This document shows, piece by piece, positions 41,408 through 54,651 of a stretch of DNA of 64,000 nucleotides (the first letter of the stretch is position 1; every line of letters starts with the position of its first letter). Source of the stretch: Octopus vulgaris. Taxonomy: Eukaryota. The stretch spans positions 36,766,001 through 36,830,000 of the forward strand of contig OX597828.1 of NCBI GenBank assembly GCA_951406725.2, given 5' to 3'. The position numbers and the translations under genes were made by a program. The notes below the pieces were generated by a model. That model saw nothing but the letters and a program-made list of their open reading frames with translations. It did no database searches and was not told where the DNA came from.

Positions 41408-41514
41408 CTGACAGCTGTTTCGGCAGTGAGGACAGTCATACCTCATTTAACCTATAAGCCATAAAGGCAGGTATAAATGAGGCATTAACAAGGATGCCCC
41501 ACGGCCTCTTCAGA
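41408..41514 (-). ncRNA. Type I hammerhead with long stem II extension in the PLE 3' terminal region
   Basis: Minus strand: cu-CUGAAGA-ggccgugg...ucacugcc-GAAAC-AGCU-GUC-ag; stem I short. Confidence 0.7.
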
Positions 41515-41859
41515 GAATTAAATTAAATTTGTTATAATAGTGAAAGATATTATATAATCATATACATATAAATATAAAAATATAAAAATGTAAAATATAA
41601 AAACTTATACATCATAATGCTACACTTATATAATATAATACACATTTGTACAAAAAGGAAGGTAAACAGAACAATATAAAACAAAATATATAACAGTGTA
41701 TATATTAATATTAATAAGTACCGATATTATACATATTTGGCTAATAGTTTTTTTTATAAAAAAAAAAAAGGGCTAACACATATGGAGATGAAAAATAATA
41801 ATTAAATCCGTGGTACAGTTCATAAAATTCTAAAGCTATAAAAGTTAATAAAAATTACT

Positions 41860-41923
<64 letters not shown>

Positions 41924-43649
41924 TACTAAAAATAGATACAGTTAAGTTAGCACCAAGTCCATCCTTTCAAGATCGAAATAACTATGAGTTAAGAAATGCT
42001 GACCACTAGGTAAAGAAAATTTAGATTAATTCGATTGGCTATTGGTTTGAAATTTAAATCACAAAAGAAAATTATACGGTTGGTTAGTCAAGGAACGCCA
42101 ATATTCACACACGCATCTACAGATCAATCGCACATACACACATAGTTATATGTATATACATACACTTATACACATACATAAGCAACAACTAGCACTTAGA
42201 TAAACAAAAAGGGAAGCAACTATGTTATCATTTAGTCCTTCAAAATTATAACTGTGCCTTAATAACAAAAAAAGAACCATCCATGCATTCCATAAAATAT
42301 TTAATTTAGATATAAATATATTTTTAGATATCAGTATGTTACTAATTCAGATAATTATTTCATGGGTAACTTAAAATTTATAACACCGGTTTGTTGCATA
42401 GTAAACATACGGTTGTTAGATTCATCGTAAGTTTGTTATGATTTTAAGTACGCTAAATTATAAAATATAAAATATAAAATATATATTAATTTAAATATTA
42501 TAAATAAGTCACTTATTAACTTAATAAATATAGTGCCATAATATACCAGTTTAGGCATTAAAGAATAGAAGGGGAAGTATTAATGTAAACGCTTATGAGA
42601 ACATCACAGAAATTTTAAATAAATTTTATATTATAAAGACTTAAGATGAAAAGAGATAAAATAAATAAGAAGGAATAAATACGAAGGAATAAATACGGTT
42701 GTACACATAATTATAAGTACAAACCAGTATATATGTATTTATATATTATTAAAATTAAATAAAATAAATGATAGATATGTATGTATAAAACTACCTCAGT
42801 ATAAGTAAATAAGTAAAAAATAAATAGGTAACAAATTAGATGCCTTGATATTTATGTAAACATCTACACTTAAATAGGCAAATAAATAAATAAATAGAAG
42901 ACTAGATGCAAAGATTGATAATATTACAATAAAATGGAAAATAAATAAAAAATAAATAAAGTGAATATATATGTTATATTGTTGAAAGTAAATATGTATG
43001 GAAGGATAGTTTAAAGTACAGATCCAGAGGACTATAGATATAAACTAAATATATGAGGCTGGTAATAATTATAAAGCAAAATGCATGTAAATGAGAAAAT
43101 GAAAAAAATGAAAAAGGTTTATCAGTGAATATCATAAGATACAAATTAAGGTGAGTACAAAAAGACCAAATATACAATAAAAAATACAATAAAAACCTTC
43201 CAAATAAACACATACAAAAAACCTATAATCTCAACCTAAACCCACCAAACTCACAAAAGGCTCTCATATATTACATATTATACAATATCATTACATTATC
43301 CAGAGCTAGGTATCTAACCAAGATATATATAAATATACTATGCAATATACTATGTAATATTGGAAAACTTCAAAAATCACACATTACAAGGCAAATACCA
43401 AAATGAATATGCTATTTTATGTCATATTGCATTTCTCTTAAAAAACAAACAAAAACCCACATACAAAAACAAGAAACCAATATTACTAGACACATCCATT
43501 AATTATTATACAAATGTAGCTATAAAAATTATAAAATTATAAAAATTTATAAATTGTATACTTTAGAATTATAGAAGACCACAGGTATATTTAGTTAAAG
43601 AAGGGAATTAAAAAAAAAAAAAAAAAAATAATAGTGGAAGTGCTAAGTT

Positions 43650-45972
43650 CTATTTGAATCTAGAAAAGGTGAACGGTAGCCTATGAATACAAAAGAAGTT
43701 TTTTTCATTAATGTTGTTAATAATTTGCCGACCCGCTTTAATAATGAAGAAAATTTCATTAATACATAGAGAGCATTTTTTATTTTTTCCATTATACACA
43801 GGTGCTGAAGTTAGTATTTTCCAGTTTAATCTAAAATCTAAGTTCTTACTTTTAAGTTCCCAAATGTATGCACTTAGCCCTGTAGAGTACATTCTATTTT
43901 TATTCCTAAAAGTATATCTGTGATAATTCCATCTTTGTTTTATGCTATTCATAGTTGCCCCGATATACACCCTACTACTCAATTGTGTATCTACAGTGCA
44001 TTGGTAAACTACCTCCTTCCTGAGGCATTGATTACCAAATACACATTTATTTCTATTTCTGAAATTACAAAGATTAACAGAATGAGGAAATCTAAGATTG
44101 GACACCACCCCTATACTACTATTCATATTATAAGTGTTACAATTGTTATCATCATCCAAACCCAAAATCAACGAATGAGTTAATTTCACATTATCGGCTA
44201 TATTCCTATCACTAGTACTAGTATTGGTAGTAGTAGTATGATCTATTACATTTATATTATCTCTGACAGGTATGGTGCACTCATTATTAGTAAGGAGGTT
44301 GTTCCCATTTGTTCCAAGAAAGTTTCTATTCCTATTATTAATGAAGAGGGGCAAGTTTTCCTGGTCTAAATTCAATTTTCTATCCTTATAGAAGTGATCC
44401 AGTTTCTTGTTATTAAAAGAGGAGATAATGGTGGCTAGATTATGAGTAATGCTATATCCCACTCTAACAGTACCGTTGTTAATTAAAGGACTAAATTTAT
44501 TCTTATCCTTACCAAAATGCCTAAAAATAACATTATGCAAAGCTCTCACTATGTTTGTTTTAATCTGCATTGCATATGGGATAATCAACCAAAGAGTATC
44601 CTTATCAGAATTAGGATTGCCTATAGAATTAATGTTATTTGTAAAAATCCTATTCGTAGACCAACTCATAGGATTACTATTCTTACCACTGTCATTGTTA
44701 TATCTATCTATATCAATATTACCATGGTTATTGCGCAAGTAAACTTTACCATTATCATGTCTACCATAAGTTTTAATTCGTATATTATTATTAATATTAC
44801 TACTATTACTCGTATGTTTAGATCTATTAGAGCTACCGTTCACCTTTCCAAGGTTGACATCACTTCTACATTTATTATAGGTGTTATCATATATTCTATT
44901 TTTACTATTCTTATGTATATTGTTGATTATCCTAAATCTATTTGTGTTGTTCCTGATAGTTCTACCTCCATTAGGGGGTTCCCCTTAGGTATAAACCAAA
45001 CCTTACTTTTATATCCTGCCTTAAGCAATGCTGCATTGTATCTATCACAGTGTTTGTTAAAAATTTCCTCGTTTGAGGATAAACTAGAAATTCTCTGACT
45101 AATGCTACGCACTAGTGCATTTTTAATTTGAGGGGGGTGATTACTAGAACGGTTAATGTATATTAGGTTAGAATTAGGTTTAATATAGGGTTCATGTAAA
45201 CCATTAGTAATGTTACAATTAACATCTAAATAATTAGCAGAATAATTTTCACTTTCAATGATAATGGATAGGCCGAAGCTTTTAAAAAATTTATTTATTC
45301 TTTTTTTCAGAAGATCTAATCTCCTATTTGATGTATTCCTAACACAAAATAAGGCGTCATCCCTGTATAATCCACCTTTTAATTCAGGGAATTCCCTACT
45401 AAAGTTATCTAATAGATACATCCCAACTAGATCAGTCACCTCCGCTGAGTCCGGCGATCCCATTGTGATATCGAACAAGTTGGGTGTGTCCTTTCTAGCC
45501 CAAAGTTTATTATCAAACTCTATTAAAGTTTTCCTGGCTGTTAGTATAACCTTAATCTCCCCCATACTTAATTTAGTGTGTTTTCTAGCAAAAATTAAGG
45601 ACTTATTTAATATAATAGGGTTAATGGAAGTGTAATAATTCTGTATATCGAATTGTATAAATTTATTTCTATTATAGCTAAAGTTGTTACTGTCACAGAC
45701 CTTAATGGCAGAAAACCAATCCAAAGCACCCTGAGTATTCTTCCAAAGGTTTAGTTTGATTTTATTGCGGATGGTGGGTAGATATTTATCTAGAATGAGT
45801 TTACTTAGTCCGCCTAAGTCAGATTTAGAGGGCAAATTAATCTGACCTGTGTGTTTCCAAGAAAATTCTCTTTATGATCCTTTAGTGTAATTCTCGGTCT
45901 AGATGGGGTGTAGGGTTCCGTTTTTTCTTCTAGGTAGTAGTCAAATATGATTTCCCTGATCTCCAGGTTCAG
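43650..45972 (-). pseudogene. PLE polyprotein (RT, Asn-rich linker, Cys motif, GIY-YIG endonuclease) with 2 frameshifts
   Basis: ITLKDHKENF..RLICPSKSDLG, FDIQNYYTSI, FDITMGSPDSAEV, GLYRDD, SSNHPP, VVYQC..VYIGAT, KKCSLC, CIHR; single-base shifts at ~45833 and ~44930 join the frames. Confidence 0.9.
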
Positions 45973-46071
45973 TTTTGATGTTTTACTGATTTAAGTATGT
46001 TTCTCCATTCTCTAATTTTGTAGTATTTATATATATATATATATAATCTTATATATAATCTTATATATATA

Positions 46072-46576
46072 CTAGCAGTATCGCCCGGCGTTGCTCGGGT
46101 TTGTAAGGGAAATAACTATATAAGCATTTTTAGAGAGTTACTTCCCTTATAAATTCGGGCTTTCTTAGCCATTTTTATTTTGGTGTCTTCAAGCCATGAA
46201 GTCGTTGTTCTAAAAGAACGCTGGTTTCCTTCACAACGCATTACGACGTTGATTTCTTTACACTCCCTTCCCCTCAGCTTCACGAGGGAGGGAAGGGGAG
46301 AAGCAAACAGGTGCAGCTGTGAGCGTGGACGCCAACTCCGCCGCCATCGACATACGATGCATTTTATGCATTAAAATGGAATAAAAAATGATGTTAAATT
46401 ATTTTTAAAATCGTAGACTCATCGTTGACGCGCGCTAATAGTCAGACGGGCTCGATATGAATCACGACTATAAGATACCCGAATTTGGTTAAACTGCACC
46501 GCAAAATGTGGGAGGAGTTAGGAATCTAAATCGAAGGGGACAGACACTCACACAACTAGAGTTTTATATATATAGA
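46072..46576 (-). mobile_element. Non-autonomous Helitron (same family as 30013)
   Basis: TC 5' end, terminal hairpin + CTAG 3' end; longer internal segment than the 30013 copy. Confidence 0.85.
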
Positions 46577-46597
46577 TATATATATATATATATATAA

Positions 46598-46898
<301 letters not shown>

Positions 46899-47406
46899 GG
46901 GAGTATAACTCCAAGCTTACAGGGAAAATTCAATTTAGTATTAAATTAAATTTCACAGTATAAATATATAAAATATAAATTAGAGATAAAACCACTATTA
47001 TGCAACTCAATTTAAACTTAATTGTAATACGAATTTAATTGTAGCCATGAAACGTACGTAGTGTTTTTACTTATTATATTATATATTGATCATTCATTTT
47101 ATACTTTTTGAGATCTAGTTATAAGTTATATGTTTTATAAAAATATATATTATTTGTTATTTATGTATTGGTTTATGTCTATCACTGTTTGAGTTGTATA
47201 GTAGTAGTTTTATCTCGGGGAAAAAAATTATATGGTAAATGGACAATATGTCCAATTTTCGGCATATTTGGCATTAGAAATTTTTTCGCTTGCCCTTATT
47301 TATAAGTTGTTTATAATTTTAACCTTTAAAGGTATTTTTAATATGCTGGCCATTGATAGAATTTGTTTTCGAAAAAAAAAAATGTTATCCTACATTAGAC
47401 ATATAC

Positions 47407-47791
47407 TCTTTTACTTGTTTCAGTCAGTTGACTGCGGCCATGCTGGAGCACCGCCTTTAGTCGAGCAACTCGACCCCGGGACTTATTCTTTGTAAGCCCA
47501 GTACTTATTCTATCGGTCTCTTTTGCCGAACCGTTAAGTGACGGGGACATAAACACACCAGCATCGGTTGTCAAGCAATGCTGGGAGGACAAACACAGAC
47601 ACACAAACATACACGCAAACATATATATATACATATATACGACGGGCTTCTTTCAGTTTCCGTCTACCAAATCCACTCACAAGGCTTTGGTCGGCCCGAG
47701 GCTATAGTAGAAGACACTTACCCAAGGTGCCACGCAGTGGGACTGAACCCAGAACCATGTGGTTGGTAAGCAAGTTACTTACCACACAGCC
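47407..47791 (-). mobile_element. SINE family A
   Basis: Homology to family A. Confidence 0.85.
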
Positions 47792-48088
47792 ATATATATA
47801 TATATACATACATACATGTAGGTGTATGTATTTGTGTGTACCCTTGTCTAGACATTATATGAGTATTATCGTCATACAAGCGTGGGTGTTCGGTTTTAGT
47901 CTTCCGTGAAAAATATGTCCGGCTATAGGAAAATATTGCCGTATTTGGGAGTGAGTGATGCTAACTAGAAGGGCATCTCTCAATAGAAACGCTGCCTCAA
48001 GAAATTCCATCTGACTCATACAAGCAATGGAAAAATAGATGAAGAAGACGATGATGACGATGATGATGATTATGACGCCGACGACGAC

Positions 48089-48130
<42 letters not shown>

Positions 48131-48399
48131 AATGATGATGGCGTTCTATTATTTGCCAGATTTTGTGTGGTGGGTAATTGAAATAATCTGCTGTTGGTAT
48201 TAACGGTTTATTTGTTTGTTATCTGGTATCAGATCACCGGTGAGAATGAACATTAATTATAGAATGAACATTAATCAATAAATTTTTAAGTATTATTTAC
48301 ACAGATAACCAACAGTATTTTCGTTTTCTTCTCCTATTTGATTCATTACCGTTTAATTAATTGCTGTTATTATATATTTTTTTCATAACAATCAAATAA

Positions 48400-48775
48400 T
48401 GTTCGCAACTTTGATTTTTCGTTAAAACCATATCCAGTCTTCTTGCTGACTTACGCAGTTTTTCGCTTTCGAACCCCTCTCAAAGCTGATAATCTTGTTC
48501 TATCCCTAATTGATGTCATATTTAAATGTTGAAGTAAGCTCCTTTCCTTTCCTGTAATATTCTTTTCTTCCGTGGATTAAAACTTGTTTCTGCCCACACA
48601 ACTACTTTTTCCCTTCGGATTGTTCAATGGTCTTTTTGTCATTTCTTGTTCCGTTTCCTCTTCTACGCAGCCATGTTGATCATCTTTCATCGTTTTGAAG
48701 GCGTTTTCCTGCTCTAACTCAATAAACGTCATTGCTTTATGATTTTATTTTTTTGATCGAGATGGCTTTTCTGTG
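48400..48775 (-). mobile_element. Possible R4/Dong LINE N-terminal relic
   Basis: Minus-strand RDRTRLSALRGVRK..RRLDMVL resembles Dong N-terminal regions; stops present. Confidence 0.3.
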
Positions 48776-48779
48776 ATAG

Positions 48780-48875
<96 letters not shown>

Positions 48876-49087
48876 GAGTGTATTTTTACCTTGTTAACAA
48901 TTAACACGGAAAAATAAATAAATAGTTACCAGGGCAGTAAAAATCTCACAAGCAAAGGTGTTGTAACTCCTTGTTTATAAAGGTAGAAACTTCGTGTTTA
49001 CGTTGAATATTTTGAATAATATGAATAAAAAATTTTTTTTTTTTTTTTTTTTGCTAAAATGTCTTATTGACGAGTTTCGTTTTTTTC

Positions 49088-49173
49088 ACTTTCCTGAGGA
49101 GAAGATTGCATTGTTTATACCATTTATTCTTTTGAATAGTATCAGTGGAATTTTCGAAACATGTGTCGAAAGT
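49088..49173 (+). ncRNA. Type I hammerhead ribozyme, fully canonical
   Basis: acuuuc-CUGAGGA-gaagauu(41 nt)aauuuuc-GAAAC-AUGU-GUC-gaaagu; 6-bp stem I, 7-bp stem II; module 48868-49217 flanked by (TA)n. Confidence 0.85.
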
Positions 49174-49212
49174 AAAAATATTTGATTACACCTGCGTTAA
49201 CTCCATTTTTTA

Positions 49213-49264
<52 letters not shown>

Positions 49265-49860
49265 CAAAGACTTACTGTGGACAAGGCTGCGTGGTGTTCG
49301 ATTATAAATGAATAAATATAAGATACATCATGTACAGGACATCACCAACGAGTGAAAAATACGTAAACACACGAGAGACAGACAAGAACGGGACAAAATA
49401 CCATAAGAAATCTAACCCCTCCTCAGTCGTTGACTGTTAATTACTCCCTATTTCGAGCTTTCTACGACAAGATAGGAAACTTTCATGAAACAGCAGCATC
49501 CAGAAATTAAAAAAAAATATAAAATTTGTGGAGAGTTCGAGCGTTGAATGAACAAATATCCACAGAGTGGACATACAGAGTAAACAAATGACAAACATAT
49601 CAAAGGCCGTTAGGACAAGACGCATTGTAATGGGTAAGGCCTGGGAGAAATTTTGAAAGGATATAGAATAAATAGAAGAGAAGAAAATAGTAGAAGACAA
49701 AAGGGAAAAAATGTCGGGATGCGATAGAGAATTACGTCCAGCTAGGTACACATCGCATCCAGAAAGACAAACATTAAGGGCCGTAATGTTTGTCTTTATC
49801 GATTGTGTACCCTGTACGACACTGGTTGGTGATGTCCTGTACATGATGTATTTATATTTA

Positions 49861-49904
<44 letters not shown>

Positions 49905-49919
49905 TACATATTGTTAATC

Positions 49920-50320
49920 TCCTTCCTCCTCTCAAATGTCCCTTACTGAAATGTTAAGGAATCCTAGCTCCCCTTCCTCCCATTCAACACCTACCACCTC
50001 TCCAATCCGCCTCTCTGGAATGTTCAAGAAACCTTCCTCATCTTCTTCCCATTCCGCCTCTTCCCCTTCCCAAATCCCCCTATCTAGAATGTTTTAGAAT
50101 ACCTTATCCCCTTTCTCTCATTTACCTACTCAAATCCCTTTCTCTGGAATTTACAATAATCATTCCTACAGTTCCTTCCATTTCTCCCCTTACCCCTTTC
50201 AAATCCCCATCTCTCAAATCTTCAAGTATCTTTCCTCCCCTTTCTCCCCACCCCTCTCAATTCACACTCTCTGGAATATTCAATAAACTTACCTCCCTTT
50301 CCTCCCCCTCCCCCTCCTCA
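49920..50320. repeat. Degenerate pyrimidine-rich minisatellite (period ~65 bp)
   Basis: Recurring AATCCCC..TCTCTGGAAT motifs. Confidence 0.6.
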
Positions 50321-50324
50321 GTAG

Positions 50325-51060
50325 CACGCCTACGTGAAGTGGGTAAGACTATCGAGGCTTACGAGGAGGTGGCAGGAGCAAAGATTAACCGGGAAAAGTC
50401 AGTCGGCTTGCAGCTCGGCACCTGGGTTGGCAAGTCGATGCCTTCAGACAGCTTTGTTGCTATTCCGGCGCTCGGGCAACGCCAGCGGTGGGGGTTCCAC
50501 AAAGATTTTATATAGTGGGTTGGTAGAGTCTGAATGCTACGATGGCCTGGGGGTGACTCTAGGTCTCGGGTTTATTCAATTGGACAACCTGTTTCACCGT
50601 ACATTCGGGTTGAGAGCGTTGGACAACTTCAAAAAGTCCTCAATCTGGCAATGCTACAGAGGTGCCTTGTCCCTTTGGGTTAAAGCTCGCAAGACACGGT
50701 AAGCGTCAGTCATGGACCTGTCCAAGATGCGGGGTGGGGGAACAGTGAAACCGCCCCTCACGCTATTGTTCAGTGTCCGGAGATAACTGAAATGTGGCCT
50801 TATGCTGAACATCTGTTATCTGGCGAAGGAAGAGTACAGCTGTCGACTGAGTCAATTATTAGAATTGATCCACCGGGAGTTTTGATGAACGGAGGTAAGA
50901 AATGTTTTTTCACGGTTGTCGCAATAGCGAAAGAGGCAGTATGGAAGACAAGAAGAAAAGGAATTAAGACAGGCAACTTTATCTCTGGCCACAATTTACG
51001 ATCATTTTTTCTTTTCATTTGAAAAGGAAGCTGTGACTGGAGAAGAGATGTCTACTCTAT
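50325..51060 (+). mobile_element. Decayed Tx1/L1-clade LINE fragment (related to 7090-9278)
   Basis: LDNFKKSSIWQCYRGAL and VAIAKEAVWKTR parallel the 8.5-8.8 kb copy. Confidence 0.7.
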
Positions 51061-51899
51061 GTTTAAATTGATGCAATGATTGCGTTGTTCAATTAAATGG
51101 AGTCGCATGAAACGATCGTACTGCATTACCACTGGATATCCTTGTTGCTTATTTTGATATATATATATATATATTTATATGTATGTATAAATAGATATAG
51201 ATATACATATATACATAAATCTACCTATATATATATGCATAGATTTATCTATGTGAATATATGTACACACACACATATATGTATGTATGTACATACATAC
51301 ATTCAAATATACATATATAGTCATTCGAAATACGAAGTAGAAAAACAGCCAGCAACTGATGAAGGGTCGTTTTTCTACGTTGCGTGTCTTCTTTTCCATT
51401 TGTTTCTTTCGTTCGCAAAAAAAGTTCGTATTCCATGATTTCGTAATTCGTATTCCATGTTGTTTACGTTCTGTGTGTCCCGTGCCCATACATGCATGTG
51501 TATATACATATATATGTATGTACATATATGTATGTATGCATATATATTTATATATATATATTAAACACACACACACACACACGCATATATATATAGTTGC
51601 GCAAACATATCTGTCTACATTGTGTGTATATATACATATATATTACGTATATTTTGATGTAATATATAACCGTAAATATATATGCATATTTAAATATATG
51701 CATTTTCTTATTCATTACACACAACAGGAAAACTTGTATGTAAAAGGTTCGTGGAATTCTGCTTCTCAAAACATTGTTTTGAAAACAGTTTAACGAAATC
51801 TTTAAGTATTGTGACAGTATCAAATAATATTTAGAGATACTTTTCATTATATACACATACACACACATATACGTACACACGCGCGCGCGCGCAAAATCT

Positions 51900-52295
51900 G
51901 TTCTACTCTAGGCACTCAGATTCGAAATTTTGGGGAAGGGGCCAGTCGATTAGATCGAACCCAGTACATAACTGGTGCTTAATTTATCGACTCCTAAAGG
52001 ATGAATGGCAAAGTCGACCTCGGCGGAATTTGAACTCAGAACGTAAAGACAGACGAAATACCTATTTCTTTACTACCCACAAGGGGCTAAACACAGAGAA
52101 GACAAACAAGGACAGACACACAGATTAAGTCGATTATATGGACCCCAGTGCGTAACTGGTACTTATTTAATCGACCCCGAAAGGATGAAAGGCTAAGTCG
52201 ACCTCGGCGGAATTTGAACTCAGAACTTAGTCGCAGACGAAATACTGCTAAGCATTTCGCCCGGCGTGCTAACGTTTCTGCCAGCTCGCCTCCTT
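51900..52295 (-). mobile_element. SINE family B dimer
   Basis: Recurrent junction at ~52061. Confidence 0.8.
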
Positions 52296-52502
52296 CACAC
52301 ACATTTATATGCATGATTAATGAGAGAGACGAGAAATGGAAGATACAAGAATGTTCATTGATCACTACAATTGTTTTGACACATCTAGCATTGATCCCCC
52401 AAGGCTGGGATATTGAACAAATGGTTTAGAAGTATGTAGTCTGTGTAGATGTATCAGGTGATTAAAAGATGTATCTCGTTAAAATAGCGTCTGCCCCGCT
52501 AG

Positions 52503-52906
52503 TTTTCTTCCCGGTATGTATATACAGAAGCATCAAATTAAGGGATACAGCTTCCAGTCTTTTGACCAAGAACAAGGTCTAATATCTATTCTTATCAGCT
52601 TATATATATATATATATATATATATATAAGCTGATAAGAATAGATATTAGACCTTGTTCTTGGTCAAAAGACTGGAAGCTGTATCCCTTAATTTGATGCT
52701 TCTATATATATATATATAAGCTGATAAGAATAGATATTAGACCTTGTTCTTGGTCAAAAGACTGGAAGCTGTATCCCTTAATTTGATGCTTCTATATATA
52801 TATATATAAGCTGATAAGAATAGATATTAGACCTTGTTCTTGGTCAAAAGACTGGAAGCTGTATCCCTTAATTTGATGCTTCTGTATATACATACCGGGA
52901 AGAAAA
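52503..52906. repeat. Inverted + triple tandem 74-bp unit separated by (TA)n (period 90 bp)
   Basis: Identical AGCTGATAAG...TTGATGCTTC units at 52629, 52719 and 52809; inverted copy at 52503-52601. Confidence 0.9.
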
Positions 52907-53053
52907 ATAGTGGTTTTGTCTCTAATTAATATTATATAATATTTTACTATAAAATTGGATTTAATCCTAAATCTGATTTTTTCCCTGTAAATTTGGATTT
53001 ATTCCCTAATATTTATTATATATATATATATATATAACCCTACCATTTATTGA

Positions 53054-53092
<39 letters not shown>

Positions 53093-53184
53093 AGAATTCA
53101 CAGAAAAAAACAACAAAAGACGAAGACTGGTGGTGTAGACAACAAACAGATGTTTTAGTATAACGTTCAGGAAGTGAAAAAGTC

Positions 53185-53227
53185 TTTAACGTTTCGAGCC
53201 TACGCTCTTCCACAGAAAGGAACAATG

Positions 53228-53261
<34 letters not shown>

Positions 53262-53362
53262 ACCGCGTGTGTACCGTTGGCGATTTTTTTCCTCTGTCTT
53301 CCCTTCTCTGGATCTTTCCTTCTCCTATGTTTCCGACGAAGAGCTCCGCTCGAAACGTTAAA
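53185..53362. ncRNA. Divergent pair of minimal hammerhead-like motifs around (TA)n
   Basis: Minus 53185-53218: uuu-CUGUGGA-a-gagc(guag)gcuc-GAAAC-GUU-aaa; plus 53330-53362: uuu-CCGACGA-a-gagc(ucc)gcuc-GAAAC-GUU-aaa. Confidence 0.55.
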
Positions 53363-53455
53363 CCCTCCTTCTTTCCTGAGCGTCCAATAATACTATATTT
53401 GTTCCACGTCCTAGCGTTGTTGTGTTTTTTTGTGGTTTCTTGTTTGGATTAACTT

Positions 53456-53499
<44 letters not shown>

Positions 53500-53502
<3 letters not shown>

Positions 53503-53832
53503 TGAGACCCCCTTCGGTCATGACTGACTATGGGATTGCACCTAGAATGTTACCCTCCCAAGCACAAGTCCGGACAAGGTTGTTTACGGAAGACCAGCAG
53601 TCACCCATACCGGCCTCCCCTCACCACACCACTGATGTTATCCAAGGGAAAGGCAAAGGCCGATACAGCTTGGCACCTGCAACGTTGCAACTCATTTCTA
53701 CAGCTGAGCAAACTGGAGCAACGTGAAATAAAGTGCCTTGCTCAAGAACACAACACGCAGCTCGGTCCGGGATTCGAACTCACAACCTCACGATCGTAAG
53801 CGCGACACTAACCACTGAACCATACGCCTCCA
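53500..53832 (-). mobile_element. tRNA-derived SINE, family D
   Basis: TGGTTCAGTGG A box and GAGTTCGAATCC B box, then TTGAGCAAGGCACTT core-like segment; related segment at 62705-62945. Confidence 0.65.
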
Positions 53833-53877
53833 CACACAGAAACACACACACACACACAAATATATCATATATGTTCT

Positions 53878-54259
53878 TTTACTCTTTTATTCTCTTACTT
53901 GTTTCAATCATTTGACTGCGGCCATGCTGGAGCACCGCCTTTGGTCGAGCAAATCGACTCCAGCACTTATTCTATCGGTCTCATGCCGAACCGCTAAGTT
54001 ACGAGGACGTAATCACACCAGCATCGGTTGTCAAACGATGTGGGTGGGTAGGGTGGGGGCAAAAACACACATACACATATATGCATATTTATATATACGA
54101 CGGTCTTCTTCTTTCAGTTTCCGTCTACCAAATCTACTCACAAGGCTTTGGTCGACCCGAAGCTATAGTAGAGGACACTTACCCAAGGTGCCACGCAGTG
54201 AGATTGAACCCGGAACCATGTGATTAGTAAGCAAACTACTTACCATACAGCCACTCCTA
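53878..54259 (-). mobile_element. SINE family A
   Basis: Homology to family A. Confidence 0.8.
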
Positions 54260-54348
54260 TATATATGATATAATATACATTTATGTGTGAATATATATAT
54301 GTATGTACATACATAAATGTATATAATATATTAAATATACGTGTATAA

Positions 54349-54575
54349 GGCGGCGAGCTGTCAGAAACGTTAGTAGGTCGGGCGAAATGCGTAGCCGTAT
54401 TTCGTCTGTTGTTACGTCGTGAGTTCAAATTCCGCCGAGGTCGACTTTGCCTTTCATCCCTTCGGGGTCGATAAATTAAGTACCAGTTACGCACTGGGGT
54501 CGATGTAATCGACTTAATCCGTTTGTCTGTCCTTGTTTGTCCCCTCTATGTTTAACCCCTTGTGGGCAATAAAAA
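54349..54575 (+). mobile_element. tRNA-derived SINE, family B (Meta-domain-like centre), reference copy
   Basis: B box GAGTTCAAATTCC; centre GACTTTGCCTTTCATCCCTTCGGGGTCGATAAATTAAGTACCAG resembles MetaSINE/Sauria central domains; ~15 copies in the window. Confidence 0.8.
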
Positions 54576-54614
54576 AATATATATATACGTGTATATACAT
54601 ATATATATATATTA

Positions 54615-54651
<37 letters not shown>

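Larger units (their letters stand above)
41034..46028 (-). mobile_element. Penelope-like retroelement (probably Hydra-clade type), 5'-truncated with inverted terminal fragment, inserted in (TA)n
   Basis: RT + GIY-YIG ORF; ~2.6-kb AT-rich 3' region with a hammerhead; 45975-46027 is the reverse complement of 41206-41258; (TA)n on both flanks. Confidence 0.9.

Noticed and set aside
44517-45098. 193-aa plus-strand ORF over the PLE
   Set aside because: Antisense shadow of the Asn-rich PLE coding region
52629-52885. CRISPR-like regular repeats
   Set aside because: Repeats are 74 bp, the spacers are identical (TA)n, there are no cas genes, and the context is eukaryotic
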